Below are positions 1 through 14,061 of a stretch of 64,000 bases of DNA, piece by piece. Source of the stretch: Octopus sinensis. Its lineage: Eukaryota. The number at the start of each line of letters is the position of its first letter. Within the stretch, counting starts at the first letter, position 1. Made by a program: the position numbers and the translations under genes. The stretch is taken from assembly GCF_006345805.1 (NCBI RefSeq), contig NC_042999.1:134106001-134170000 (forward strand), in the 5' to 3' direction. A model generated the notes under the pieces. That model did not search any database, was not told the DNA's origin, and saw only the letters and a list, made by a program, of their open reading frames with translations.

Positions 1-669
1 GAAGTCGAAGTGGAGGACGTGTTAAACCGATGTATAGGGTTGGTAGAATGTTGATGATGAAAATCGCTTGGCTCGGACAATTTTATTGCTACTTGCTAGA
101 CATGTCCACTACAGACTTTGAAGTTCTCTAATACAACAGACATTAGTCTGGATACACTCCCAGTTGTGTGAACTAAGAAGTGTTGACGCCGCTGGGAGTA
201 GAAAATTGAGTGTGAAGAAGGAGACACTATGTTGTAGTGTTACATAAAAGGTGGATGAGATGAACAAGACAGGGTAGGTTGAAAGAACCTACTCTGATTA
301 TGCGCTGTAAATAGTAGACAAGTAACTAGAACAGAACCCTTTTGAGGCTTTTGATGCGTCAGAGCAAATAGGGAATTTGTATGAGCTTTGCCACCCGCCA
401 CAGAGTTATTCTTGGTGCCCCTTTCAGATGACTTTTTTTTTGTTAATATTATATTATAATCTACCGTTTTGTGTTTAGTCCTTGTACTGTCTCTAGTACC
501 TTGGATTTTTGTAGCTAATAAAAGAATTATATTTATTAATGTCGAGTGATAGCCAATGAGGATGATCTGAGGTGTAATGCCAAACAGCAAACCGTGTAAC
601 TTATTTTCTAAATTGATGGCTTCAAATTTTATAGAGATGCTTGGCTATATTTTTCATGTTTTAATAATC

Positions 670-900
670 ATATACATGTACACGCATACATTTGTACAGA
701 TTCACAGGTAGAAACACATATATGCATACATACATAGATGCATACATACATGCATACATACATGCATACATGCATGCATACATACATGCATACATACATA
801 CAGACAGACATTCGCGCATACGTGTATACATGTTTGTGCATGTATGTGCGTGTATTTGTAAGAGCAGTGCTAATGTATGTTAGTATATACATCTATCCGC
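670..900. repeat. (TACA)n/(TG)n compound microsatellite
   Basis: Visible tetra- and dinucleotide runs; overlapping ORFs are MYVC/HTYI repeat translations. Confidence 0.9.
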
Positions 901-2628
901 CGAAATCTCTTAAACACACACGCTCACACAAACCCATGCACAAAGATACATACATAGGCATACACTTTGTGAGAGCTAGCTGCACTATTTTTGTTGCATG
1001 CATTTTACTTGACTAGTGCGTATTTGTTAGAGAGGGAGAGAGAGATTGGGAGAGAGAGAGAGAGAGATCAACTTCAAAGCTGGAACTACGTTATGTAGGA
1101 TGAAGTGTTATATTTGCTGTGTTGTGTGAAATGTTGTCTAGATGATGTCAAAGTTGACAGATATGTGACATTAAACGTTATTACTGTTCTCTTTGGAACA
1201 TTCATGTCACAAGATCTATTTTCTTGTCGTAATTGTAAGATTTACGACATTAAATCTTGCAGGTGTCATAGCTGAAGGAAATGTGACAGGAATTATATAT
1301 ATTAGAACTGACAAATATGTGTCCCTAAATACTCTGTATACTATAGTTGACAGCTAATCAATTCGATTAGTATTCAATTTCTTATAAATATAAATACATT
1401 TCATGTTCCTTTCGTGAACACAGTCTATAAAAATGGCTTCCTTTTAAAAAGCTTCACACATACTTCAATGTCTGTGTGTGTGTGTGGCAGGGTGAGTATT
1501 CAACTGCATCCTGTTAATATCACAGTCTGATATCCTTTCGTCTAGGAACTGCATATATCATTAAATTTACTTTCAGCCTGTCATCATCATCGTCGTAGTC
1601 ATCATCATCACTGCCATCATCAATATCGCCATTATCAATTTTACACAATTGCCAGCCGACAGTTTTTATTGTAGCTATTAAGCAATAAAAGTCAGACCGT
1701 TGTTGTAAAACGCTGCTTGGATCATTAAATAGATCTTCTAGAAAATTTCAACATCATATTTATAAACGTTACCTTTTTTTTTAAATTTTATTGAATTGCT
1801 TTAATTATTGGTTAATTCTTGTAAGTCAGTAATTTCAACATGTCGATAAATCGAAATAAAATAAAAATCATTACTCTCACCAATTTATTGCTTTTTACAT
1901 GTATTTTCATTGTCTTTTGTTCTTTTTCTCTTTTCAAATATACCTCAGTATTAAACGGTCGATCTTCGTGTTAACCTTCCTTTTCTGTCGATGTTACTTG
2001 ACATAGGGATATTCGTTTTACTTTTTCAAAACCGACCGACCTCTTTACGGGAAATTTATGGACATTGTATATAGGGGCGCTGAGGTATTTTATGAGTTTA
2101 ACGTATGTATATATGTAGGTTGTATGTTATGTACATTTTGGCAGATAATGTATATAAACGTATGTGTCTGAGTGTGTTTATGTGCATATATCATTAATTA
2201 TATAGATATTTGTACCTCTATACAGCCATATTCTATACAGCCATATTCTAAAGCGGGTGGGTGGGGTGCTATTAATTTTGAAGTGAATTTCATGAGATAT
2301 CCGGATAAAAACAAGCCGCAAACACAGAAAAGTACTAAACGCCAAGAAAGATGTACTAATTACCGGTTGGCTACTTCCTTATGTTATCGTTGATTATAGG
2401 CAAGTCACATCATCGATAGAACAGTGTCTCACTGTTAGTATACCAGATGACTAATCCATACAGCTTCAAAACCGAATCACTCTGATCAAAATGAAACACT
2501 CGCGTATCATAAAGCGTTTCAACTACCTTATATATCTGTGTGTGTGTGTGTGTGTGTGAGTATGTGTGTGTATGTATACATACATACACACATACATACA
2601 TATATATATGTATGTATATGTATATATG

Positions 2629-2669
<41 letters not shown>

Positions 2670-2671
<2 letters not shown>

Positions 2672-2832
2672 TCATCATCATCATCGTTTAACGTCCGCTT
2701 TCCATGCTAGCATGAGTGGGACGATTTTGACTGAGGGCTGGCGAACCAGATGGCTGCACCAGGCTCCAATCTTGATTTGGCAGAGTTTCTACAGCTGGAT
2801 GCCCTTCCTAACGCTAGCCAGTCCGAGAGTGT

Positions 2833-2834
<2 letters not shown>
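2670..2834 (-). mobile_element. Retroposon 3' end with (ATG)n tail (RTE-related LINE/SINE tail)
   Basis: (CAT)n followed by cgtttaacgtccgctttccatgctagcatg...ggatgcccttcctaacgc, embedded in (TA)n; resembles a common cephalopod repeat tail. Confidence 0.55.
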
Positions 2835-2874
<40 letters not shown>

Positions 2875-2884
2875 TATATATACC

Positions 2885-3055
2885 CTTTTCCTCTTTTACT
2901 TGTTTCAGTTATGTGACTGTAGCCATGCTGGATAGAGCACCGCCTTTAGTCGAGCAATTCGACCCTAGTACTTATTCTTTGTAAGCCTAGTACTTATCTC
3001 CTTTGCCTAACCGCTAAATAACGGGGATACAAACACACCACCATCGGTTTTCAAA
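2885..3055 (-). mobile_element. CORE-type tRNA-derived SINE (family A), 3' fragment
   Basis: Matches the 3' half of the full copy at 16177-16579 in reverse (ttacttgtttcagt...gcaccgcctttagtcgagc...ccgctaa). Confidence 0.85.
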
Positions 3056-4661
3056 CAACATAAATTGTATACAAACAATACTTCAGAACCATGAACTGTC
3101 TGAACACTAATCACCCCACAAGCGACCACAAGCTTCAAATACACAACATTAATCTAGTTTAATAGTTAAACTATTACACTAGATAAATGTAAATACTTAT
3201 TGTACATACTTTCATCTGAGTTGGCTTGTCATAGGAAAGAAAAAATTATCGGAAAATCGCAAGTTTCAGTTTTAGAATTAGGAACTGTGATCTTCTGAAT
3301 ATAGTTGAATGGCTGGAATACAATGATTCCAAGTATAGTCATTGGGTTGAAGGCGGCGAGCTAGCAGAAACGGTAGCACGCCGGGCGAAATGCATAGCCG
3401 TATTTCGTCTGCTTTTACGTTCTGAGTTCAAATTCCGCCGAGGTCGACTTTGCCTTTCATCTTTGCGAGGTCGATAAATTAAGTACCAGTTACGCACTGG
3501 GGTCAATATAATCGACTTTATCCGTTTGTCTGTCCTTGTTTGTCCCCTCTGTGTGTAGCCCCTTGTGGGCAGTAAAGAAATAGGTATTTCGTCTGGCTTT
3601 ACGTTCTGAGTTCATATTCCGCCGAGGTCAACTTTACTTTTCCTCCTTTCGGGGTCGATAAATTAAGTACCACTTGTGTACTGTGCCGAGAATAGAAAAG
3701 AGTATAGTCATTGAGTTATTGAGATACTATTGAAACATTTCTAGCGTATGTTATGAGTGAGACATTTTGAAAGAGGTATTTTCTTTCAAGATATTTTCAG
3801 CTTATGGATTGCAGAGTAACTCTGAAAGGGCCGCAGAGACAAAATATTTGACTTGAAATATTTGATAAAATGTAAAACGGTCATATATACGTTACACAAT
3901 ATTTTATGAAATAAGCCATGTTGTCATCCCTTTGAAATGAGCGTAAGGGCCACAGCATACATTTGCAGCAAACAAAATCTGAGTAACATTTCTCCAAGAA
4001 ATGTATCAAATGGTAAGAAAAGTATCAGATGTTAGTATACTCCAAAGAAATAGTTTTTTTTTTTTAAATGTGGAATATTAAAAAATGGGTTTCGATGGTA
4101 TAAGGTTGGAAACCGCTGTACTAAGCTACACTAATTTCAGCAGAAATTGAATTCAGCTGCTTTTTTTTTCACTCGATGTGTCTCAGAGAATGAAACCCTA
4201 GTAGCTTCTGAGACGGTGAGAATGGTGCCGTTATGTTCCTTTTGAACTATAGCAATTCTTTGCGTGCAGGAATGGGTACCACAGATGATAGGCATTTTGG
4301 GAAGGAAGGAGTAGCTATAATTAATTCAACCCCACATAAATTACCAACAAACCTGACTCCACAGCAACAGATACAAGTGCCTACCAAATCTATTGTCTCC
4401 TTTTATATCAATAACGCCACAGACCGCCAAATACAACCAAACTTTTCACTCAACAGTATGAACATATCACATACAGAAAGAAGGTAACAATACTAGAAAT
4501 TAAATACTACTCCTCCACGACATTACAACACACACAGCAGGCACAATACAGACCTGTTATGAATTTGAAGCTTGTGGTCGCTTGTGGGGTGATTAGTTTT
4601 CAGACAGTTCTGCCATAATCCTTCATGTTTCTGAAGTACTGTTTGTATACAATTTATGTTG
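3056..4661. repeat. Dispersed inverted repeat, arms 3056-3140 and 4563-4661
   Basis: Reverse complement of 3056-3140 aligns to 4563-4661 with a few substitutions and one 14-bp indel. Confidence 0.85.
3349..3700 (+). mobile_element. Meta-domain SINE (family B) with internal 184-bp repeat and target-site duplication (TSD)
   Basis: tRNA-like head ggcggcgagctagcagaa, box B gagttcaaattcc, Meta-like gtcgactttgcctttcatc...gtcgataaattaagtaccag; 17-bp TSD agtatagtcattg(g/a)gtt at 3332-3348 and 3701-3717. Confidence 0.85.
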
Positions 4662-5572
4662 CTTTCTGTTGACCAAATATAGAATCTGTGATTAATGTAC
4701 GCTGGTAAGCCGTTTGCTTACTTTATTGTGTCTTTTATGTGTGTTGACCTGCGCGAAATAGCCGCCAAATCTCTCTGGATATAGCACTACATTATTTTAA
4801 AATATAACTTCCATAAATTTTCTGCATCAAGGATAAAGACGGGATGGTCATGGTTGGAATGCCTTTCATAATAGCTCTACTTCAGTAAAGCTGAACTGAA
4901 GTAAACAAAGCAACACTGTCACCATCATAGTCAAAACCTTCTTCAACAACACTGTCAACACCACCTTCACCACCACCATCACTGCCACAATCCACACATT
5001 ACAAGATCATCTTAACAGGATTATAAAGACTTGTGTGCATCAGTTGGTCCAACAATTTCTTCTTTGTTAATGTTGTTGCGCGATCAAGCGAGAGACTTCC
5101 TTTGAAATTCAATGAACTTTCTAAAAAAAAATGGCGTAACAATGAAGCGCGCGACTCTCTCAGCTGTGTATTAGCCGTTCATTCTATTTCTGTCTGTCTT
5201 AGTCCTTCAATATATCTCAGTGTTTCGTTCTATCTTTATGTCCTTTCAATTCTCCCTCATACAATCTCTTTCCATACATACACACAGAAACACACCCGCA
5301 CGCGCACAGCACACACACACACATGCATACATATATAGTTTTTCTAGTTTCAGTTTATCATTGGTTGCTAGTAGGAATTTTCGTTTCTCTCTGTTGTTTA
5401 TTCTGTTTGTAACATACCAAGTCCATGAGAGGTGTTGTATCTGGACAAATACTGCAGTAACTAGCCTATCGGAATGTGCGTACACAGATGTGTATATATA
5501 TATATATGTATGTATGTATATATATATATATATATATATACATACACACACACACATATATATATTATATAT

Positions 5573-5627
<55 letters not shown>

Positions 5628-5630
<3 letters not shown>

Positions 5631-5746
5631 CCTGCTCGCTTAGTCAGCGGGGTGGCGTCATTTGAAGGCTAAAACAATGCGAAGCGCATTGTGACCAGCG
5701 ACGTGTAGCAACATCTGATAGCCTGGTCGGTTACGTGATCACGTGA
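5628..5746 (+). mobile_element. SINE/LINE 3' fragment within (TA)n
   Basis: GC-richer block ending cacgtgatcacgtgat between AT tracts; resembles a recurrent cephalopod retroposon tail. Confidence 0.45.
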
Positions 5747-6767
5747 TATATATATGTGTTTATGTACGTGAGTACGTAAGTATGCATATATATGTATATA
5801 TACATATATACGTACATATTTATGTTTGTGTGTGTATCTAGTAGTAGAGTCGAGTTGGAGCAAGGCTAAAGTGCGTTAAACTGCGAGCGCCTAATCCGAA
5901 GAGATGGTGGGGTTCGTTTTCTCGTTCGATAACAGAAACATGCCACGATGCATAATTCTTGCTAAAATTATTCATCTCAAATTTAGAGGATCGGTGCAGT
6001 CTTTCGATCTGATAATGGTATGTGTTTTTTCCTGCTTTTCTTTTTGTCAACATGTTTGAAAAAAGACTTGTGGTTGGCATGCCTGCTACAGTGGGCAAAT
6101 ATCTGGTCTTCTTCAGTTACAGTCGGGAGGCTTGGTTGACTTAAGTGCAATGACATTTTTTAATATAAGGATCGCATCTATACGAAACTTTCTCAGAACG
6201 TCTTTTGAAGATTTTCTTCTATCTATGGCTATCGAAGAAATGTTTATCTATCAAGACAAGACCTATCTTTTATTTTTTACATTAGTTCTAACATTCAAGA
6301 AGAAAAGACAACCGGACCGTATACAACTTTCCTATGTATATTTCTATGCTTGATACTTGATTGAGTCGGGGTGTAAAATATGTTCTTTATTAAAGGCACT
6401 GTCATCCAGTTCGCTATTTTAGTAAGAGGATGCTTTATCGGAAATATTTTTAGAGGAAGAGAGGTTAGAGATCCCACTGATAAATTTTTCTCGCTTTCTT
6501 TTTCTTTTCGTATTATCTTAAAGAGTAATCATATCCTCTGATCCTGAACGATTACCGGATCGTTCAACTCACATTATACAAGAACATCTTATTGCTGGGT
6601 TATATGAACATGAAACTCGAAGTAGTTCACTATAAATCCTGTATTCATAAAATATTTGAGTACTTTTATGCTGACCCTATCAACAACAAAATAATACACT
6701 ATTTCTTTCTCTCTCTCCCCCTTTCCCTCTCGCTCTCTCCCTCCGTCTCTGTCTGTCTGTCTGTCTG

Positions 6768-6801
<34 letters not shown>

Positions 6802-7992
6802 AGCACTGAGAATGTTTGTGAGGCGATGTATAAAATACACCCCTCCCTCTGTATATCTTTCTACCTTTCCACTTGTCTATGTGTCTAAGTTTCAGACAAA
6901 TCTATCTATCTTTCTGTCAGCGTTTGTTGAAGCTGTGGACATGCTATCCAGTTCTATATCTTGCACTACATTTCCAATCTATCCTGTTTTAAGACTACAG
7001 GATACGGCTTGAGGGAATTATAGCTGCTATTTCAAGCAAGTTACACAACCGAGTACTGTTTACTATTATTTGAATCAGTTAATTCAAAGTTGAGAGAAAT
7101 ATGGCAGGTCGAGCGACTACATACTTGTTGGTTAAACCCATCTTATATAGTGGATATTTCTGTCAAGCCAGGCTTTTTTCGGGGTGAGCACTGAAGATTA
7201 ATTTATAAGCTGACAGAGAACGAAATACTTGATGCGGTTTCGTTTCCTGTTGTATTTGAAATAAATCGTGTATGTCACAAAATCAAATTAAGCCCCAAAG
7301 AAAACTATGCATTTTCCTATTCCCTACATATGGATGGAGCTTTCCTTCTCTTAACGGTAATATTTATTGCTTCTGATATAATGTTGGTTTGAGAGAGTTC
7401 CATCAGCACATGGCGTGATGGAGCAATCTGACAAGTAAGTTTCGTGCAGCTAAAATTATATCCCAGGTGATGTGGTTTCAATTCCATGTTGAAATTAATT
7501 AACCTCACATAGTATTATTACTACTGGGAAAAAGTTAAACTATAACTTCTAATATAGATAATCCTGAGAATATTATTACCCCTTTTAAGGATATGATAAA
7601 AAACTATAAGCATATAAATATATTTTCTTCCGTGACAAATATTAATAGGCTTGGTGGCTGTAGTCTTACTAAAAGTGAAAATACAATTCGGTAAATATAA
7701 TACTGAACGTGCCTAATAACTATAATAATTTTCCGTCTTTTGTTATAAATAATACTATGAGTTCCTCCTGGGATAAAGAGTTTTAAAAATTATCTACTCA
7801 ATGGACATTGCAAACCTAATAATGTCCTATAATTGCTCTAAACCCAGTTGTGATTTCAAACAGAGATAATATACACAGATGTTTACTCGTCGTGCCCAAC
7901 ATATGTACAGGTAGCATTTCTTTCCTTGTTTCTTTCTTCTTGCTTATTTCTGTTTTACTTTTCGCTTATTTCTTTTACTTCTATCATACTCT

Positions 7993-8024
7993 ACTCTAAT
8001 AAAGGGTTCACTCGAGACGTCAGT
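7993..8024 (+). ncRNA. Degenerate minimal hammerhead ribozyme on a Penelope-like terminal fragment
   Basis: act CTAATAA a gggt tc actc GAGAC GTC agt: hammerhead topology (stem I act/agt, stem II, AC-GU, GUC) with G>A decay of the CTGATGA and GAAAC cores; the element runs to (TA)n at 8198. Confidence 0.5.
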
Positions 8025-8192
8025 CTACTTACCTTCCTCCTCCATTTTTCGGCGTACAATTCGCTGTTCACGAATTTTTATGTTAATATTTTTATGTGTG
8101 GTTCCTTTCTCTCTGCCTCCTTCTGAATTATTGTCTACCGATTGTAACCATTTACGTTGTCCATCAGTTCATCACATCCGTCTCGTCTCAAG

Positions 8193-8253
<61 letters not shown>

Positions 8254-8284
8254 TTTATTTTAAAAAAATGTAAAGACATCACAG

Positions 8285-8328
8285 AAACTGTTACTCAATG
8301 TTTCAAGTTCCGGTTCATCGGACAGTTT
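8285..8328 (-). ncRNA. Type I minimal hammerhead ribozyme, U4C core variant
   Basis: Minus strand: aaactgt CCGATGA acc ggaa ctt GAAAC attga GTA acagttt; 7-bp stem I, decayed stem II; homologous to 44356-44393. Confidence 0.65.
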
Positions 8329-9563
8329 TGGTTTAAAATGGAACAAAATATGATTATATACATAAACATACAATTGCTATGATTGATACACATTTGAAAA
8401 TGATTTTGTTTCATTGGTCCTTTCAACTAACGGTCTTTTCAATAACCGGTTACATGAAATTACAATTACGATTTCAAATCATATTGTAAAAATCGAAAAC
8501 CTTAAATCAAAAATTAGCTTTAGTACAAGAGAAAAACCTATATACCCAGGGTAAATTAATTAATGGTAAAAATAATTAATTTAAAATGATATGTCCGTTT
8601 AAAATACAAACATTTACAAAGAACTAACATCATAGAAATACATATACATTAAGTAATACATACACCTACCAAAAAACCTATATTTACATATATACACTAA
8701 ACGTACAAACGTTGGTACATGCTTACATACATATACAAGCAAATACAGGCAAAACATAACTATATGTGTGTGTTTCAAATATACAACCTACTTGTTACAA
8801 GCTAGAGAAAGAAAATGAAAAGAAAATCAGAGTATAATAAGTGGTAGGAGAAAGAAAAAGAAGAAAAAAAGAAGCGGTGGAAGAAAGAAAAAAAGAAAGA
8901 GAAAGAGAAAATTAGAAAGAGAAAAATAGATACATAGAGAGAGAAGGTTAAACGATATGGAAGTTGGCGTTCTTAAAAAGTATCTAACAAATATTCGATA
9001 CTTCGATTAGCTTGCAAATACGCACATATAATGAAGCACACATATAAAAAGACATGCATATCTACATAAATACATATGTGCAAAAGTAACACACATGTAA
9101 ACCCGCATACAAACAAACACATATATATATATATTCACATCGAGATACATATATACATCATAACGCATATACGCATACAAATATGCTTAAAAATTATCTG
9201 GTGTATAGAGTATTAAAATAAGAAAATTGTGCCATAAATTAATATAATATAATTAAATGTAATTATAAATATGTAAATTTAAAAATATATATAAAAAATT
9301 GAAATAATAATTTTAAATTTAATTATGAAAGTGAGCAAAAATGAATAAAAATTAAACGTCGGCAAAATTTAAGTTTAAATCTGGAAAACAGTCGAAGGCT
9401 TTCTTAAAAGTCGAATGTAAAATATGAAGGCGAAATATGTACCAACATACAAAAAGATGTCAATATTTTAAATATAAAAGCCAAATTTAAATGCGGAAGT
9501 CGAAAACAATTTTTCGAAAGTCAAGAATTTATACCCATACGGTATTTTTCTAGTTGATATTTC

Positions 9564-9830
9564 AAACCTCGTAGCGTGCCTGCAGGAATTTAAAAGTTCT
9601 CGTCTTTGGTTCAATGCGTGTTTATCCTGGAACAGAATGAAGAATGTTTTTGAGAGGCAAAGATTGCATTTCATTGGTCTTCTATATGCCCCATGTTTAT
9701 ATGGTACTGCTTTTTCCAAAATTGTCCAGCTGATATTGAAAGGACGGGTGTCATTTTCCTTCAATTGCCAGACATGTTTTGCAAGACATGTTGCTGTCCT
9801 ACTTTCGGGAGTATCGGAAAGAATTTCGGA
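9564..9830 (-). pseudogene. Penelope-like element GIY-YIG endonuclease C-terminal fragment
   Basis: TCLAKHVWQLKEN...ISWTILEKAVPY...KCNLCLSKTFFIL...LNQRRELLNSCRH matches the characteristic LSKHIWxLK...W.IL...CxLCLxEK...LNxRxEL...CRH pattern. Confidence 0.85.
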
Positions 9831-9874
9831 GGGAATAAAACCCAGTCCCCAGTCTTGAATGACTAGGAGGAATG

Positions 9875-9922
<48 letters not shown>

Positions 9923-9939
9923 GTTTTATTCGAATTCGT

Positions 9940-9980
9940 TGGTACTCTTGAATTTCAAGCGTGATGCTAGTCATCAGCTA
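9940..9980 (-). ncRNA. Minimal hammerhead ribozyme (partly decayed)
   Basis: Minus strand: tag CTGATGA ct agc atcac gct t GAAA ttc aa ga GTA cca; the element ends about 20 nt later at (TA)n 9908-9921. Confidence 0.55.
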
Positions 9981-11409
9981 TTTTGAATTAGAATGACAGA
10001 AGTTCATTGTTATTACCGTAAGGTGGGCTCCGATTGGTCGAGGAAGGTCACGCGTGTCGTGGCCTGATGCTGGAATATGGGTAACAGTTAGTTGGAAAAT
10101 ACTGTATGGCGAATATGAAACTTACCACGTGCAAGACAGGAAATATAGAATACGGGGTGATTAGAAATCGCTCCGGTTGTTGTTGGGGAGGAGTAGGGAG
10201 GAGTAGGCATGTGCAAGTATATAGTTCTCTATGTGGGTGTGCAGACGCGCTCATATAGTTTTGCGTGCATGTGCATCTGTACATAGGCGCGCACGTCTTC
10301 ATACACACCCACACACATACACACACAAACACACAAACACACACACACGCATTCAAACACTCACGGACATTCACTCGCATAAAGCTTTGGAGAAGCAGCA
10401 CTCAATACAAACTTAGTGTGCAGTATTTTTTTTGACGCCAGTCCAGTGGTCTTTCACTCTAAAGTTTCCAGACAAACATTGGATTGGTTTAAATAAAATA
10501 CACACACATACACTCACATACGCACATTACTCGCATACACACAAACAACACACAGACGTATGCATATACATGCGTATATACATACTTTCATATGCATACA
10601 TACAGTCATACATGCATACTCGCAATCTGCCTACATATATAAACAACACACGCAAAGAAACACATATCTAAAAATCTTAAATACATGCAAACGCACCCAC
10701 ATTCACACTGACTCACACACACATATTCACACAGTTACACACACACACACACACACAACACATACTCACACTCTCACACACACACTCACACAGTTACCCA
10801 CAGTTACACACCACACAAACACACACACATACACACACACACACACACAATATATACTCCACATACCAACAAACACTCCGCTTCCATCATCAACACCAAC
10901 CCATATATGTGGATATGCGGACAAGCAAGAAGAGAAGGTTACTATTGGACGTAAGTCCATTAGATAAGTAAGAATCAGCGGAGCAGACAAGAGAACACGC
11001 CATCTATAGACCAATTCTACCGGAATTTGTCTTGGAATTACTGAGAGATCACTGAAGAAGATTTCTTCCAACAATGCTTTTTGGAAATCCTACCTGACTT
11101 TTACTTGTCATATTCTATTTAGAATTTGGACGGGAAAAGAGTTACGACAAAGAAAAATGCCAACGATATGTCTACGAATATGTGTGTACTATTGTGTGAG
11201 TTTGTGTGTGCGTGGATGCATATGTGATTGATTGGGCCTATGTATGTATGTGGGAGTGTGTGTGTATGTGTATGTATGTATGTATGCATGAGTATATGTA
11301 TATACGCACACACACACACGCATGCGCGTACATATACACGCATATACCTTCAAAACTGAGTGCATCTCTATATTCAGAACTAAATCTCTGTGACTCTGTA
11401 ATGTGTGTA

Positions 11410-11442
<33 letters not shown>

Positions 11443-11840
11443 TGTATGTATGCTGTTATGGTATTTATATATATTTTTATGTACGTATGTATACATACTT
11501 GAATGTATGTATGTATGTATGTATGTATGTATGTATGTATGTATTATGTATGTATGTATGTATGTATGTATGTATGCATGCATGCATGTATGTATGTATG
11601 TATGTATGTATGTATGTATGTATGTATGCATGTATGTATGTATGTGTGCGTGATTGAAGCTGAAATGCGTTTGAATGTGTTTATGGGCCTGTGCGTGTGT
11701 GTGTATACGTGTGTGTGTGTGTGTGCGGACGTGCGTTTGCCTATCTGTGTGTGTGTGTGTGTGTGTGTGCGTGTGTGTGTGTATGTGTGTGTGCAAGTGT
11801 GTGCAAGTGTGTGCACGTGTGTGCGCGTGTGTCTGTGTGT
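11410..11840. repeat. (TATG)n and (TG)n microsatellites
   Basis: Direct inspection. Confidence 0.95.
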
Positions 11841-12570
11841 GAGTTTGTACAATCTATGCGGTATATACATCTGCTTTCCACTTTCTACAATATATCTCTG
11901 GCAAATCGTGGCTAACCAAAACACAGTGTTTCAACGATATTCCTGCACAGAAGCTACAGCCCTTCACACATTCATCATCCACACTCAACCTCGGCATGTT
12001 ATATCAAACAGTAACTTCGAAGTCATGTCCCTATTATGACATAATAATAATCCTTTTTAACGAGGGTTACCGTTAACAAGGAGCATGCAGTAATTCATGT
12101 AGTACTTTTTTTTTAAAGTTCTCAGCATATGTATAACTATATGTCTATGTGTGTGTGTTTGTATACACATATATCTGTATATATGTGTGTATATGTGTGT
12201 GTCTATGAGAGTGTGTATGACTATACATCTTTATGGATTCATCAACGTTTCTCTAAATACTTCCTCTCCAATCTCATAACTTCCTCTCCAATCTTTTTAT
12301 CTTTCTGTCAGCTTAAATATTTACACACACGCGCACACACACACACACACACTCACTCACAGACACGCACGCTCGCGCGCAAACACACACACGTAGCCAT
12401 CTAGGTGTCATACATAATATACTGTATATACATTGTTGATAGGCCAGTTACCACAGTATTTGCTCAGAGATAACATTCTAAAAACGTGCTGTGATAAAGA
12501 TATGCCCATCCATATTCTTAATGCATATACAACTACCAATGGTGCACGTACATTAAGAAACATACATAGA

Positions 12571-12793
12571 TACTCTTTACTCTTTTATTTGTTTCAGTCA
12601 TTTGACTGCGGCTATCCTGGAGCACCGCCTTTAATCGAGCAACTCGACCCCGGGACTTATTCTTTGTAAGCCCAGTACTTATTCTATCGGCCTTTTGTGC
12701 CGAACCGCTAAGTGACGGGGACATAAACACACCAGCATCGGTGTCAAGCAGTGCTAGGGGGACAAACACAGACACACAAACATACATGCACCA

Positions 12794-12888
<95 letters not shown>

Positions 12889-13013
12889 TATATACGACGG
12901 GCTTCTTTCATTTTCCGTGAACCAAATCCACTCACAAGGCTTTGGTCGGCCCGAGGCTATAGTAGAAGACACTTGCCCTAGGTTCCATGCAGTGGGACTG
13001 AACCCGGAACCAT
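12571..13013 (-). mobile_element. CORE-type SINE family A, near full length, with expanded internal (CA)/(TA)
   Basis: Colinear with 16177-16579; box B ggttcagtccc on the minus strand. Confidence 0.9.
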
Positions 13014-13587
13014 GATGGCTCTTTTACTTTAATACTGTCTCAGATAAGCATATATATATATATTTCTTGCCTGCTGTTCACCGTCGAAGAGAGTTAAAGT
13101 TTCTTGCACTCACTGACGAAATCTTTGAATCTTTTACAGGTTTTGCTCATAGGAATATTATTACATTTCGCTGTTCCTATAAATAAATATAACTCCGTAA
13201 CATATCTAAAGCTATCTTAGTCACCACGAGCGGCATTTTTCATTCTCTTGTTATCTCGCATGCCGAGAATATATCCGAAAGACTATACGTGTCTCCAGAT
13301 GCAGAAATTACTAAAGCCCTATTCTACCACTAACCGTACATAAAATGCAGGTGCTAATCATATTCGGCGTACCGTTCACATACCTAAGAAGGTTTTCACG
13401 GCTAGGTGCACAAACACAGTATACTTTATCCAAAACAAAGCCTTATGTGAGCGTCATTATTTCAAAACTGTACATACCTGTGTCTCTATATAAGCTTATA
13501 TCTGTGCATGTCTGTGTGTATGTTTATGTGCGTGTGTCCGTATGTCTGTGCATATACATACATACATACATACATACATACATACAT

Positions 13588-13728
13588 AAACTAATACACA
13601 TACTTGTTCCTATACCTGTCTTCGTCTTTTGTTTTCTGTTAATTTGAACTCTCTATATATGCGTATATATATATCTGTCTTCGTCTTTTGTTTTCTGTTA
13701 ATTTGAACTCTCTATATATGCGTATATA

Positions 13729-13761
<33 letters not shown>

Positions 13762-13920
13762 ACGCATATATAGAGAGTTCAAATATTACGCATATATAGA
13801 AAGTTCAAATATATATATATATATATAGATATATATATATATACGCATAATAGAGAGTTCAAATTACACAGAAAACAAAAGACGAAGACAGGTATAAGGA
13901 CAAGTATGTGTATTAGTTTA
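13588..13920. repeat. Foldback of a Penelope-like terminal fragment around (AT)n
   Basis: 13588-13665 is the reverse complement of about 13843-13920; partial direct copy at 13675-13725. Confidence 0.8.
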
Positions 13921-13930
13921 TATATTATGC

Positions 13931-13961
<31 letters not shown>

Positions 13962-13992
13962 TGTAGTATGTGTATGTATGTATGTATGTATG

Positions 13993-14061
<69 letters not shown>

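Larger units (their letters stand above)
8255..9860 (-). mobile_element. Penelope-like retroelement 3' part (GIY-YIG C-terminus, 3' UTR, HHR-bearing terminus)
   Basis: GIY-YIG-type C-terminal peptide at 9564-9830, then an AT/pyrimidine-rich UTR and an HHR at 8285-8328 on the same strand, ending at (TA)n. Confidence 0.75.

Noticed and set aside
1-600. Possible LINE endonuclease remnant on the minus strand
   Set aside because: Only faint resemblance; no intact diagnostic motif readable by eye
2350-2480. Two very decayed hammerhead-like traces (accggt palindrome; ccagatga...aaaacc)
   Set aside because: Too many core mismatches to support
5850-6600. Possible decayed retroelement coding sequence
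   Set aside because: No motif I can identify with confidence
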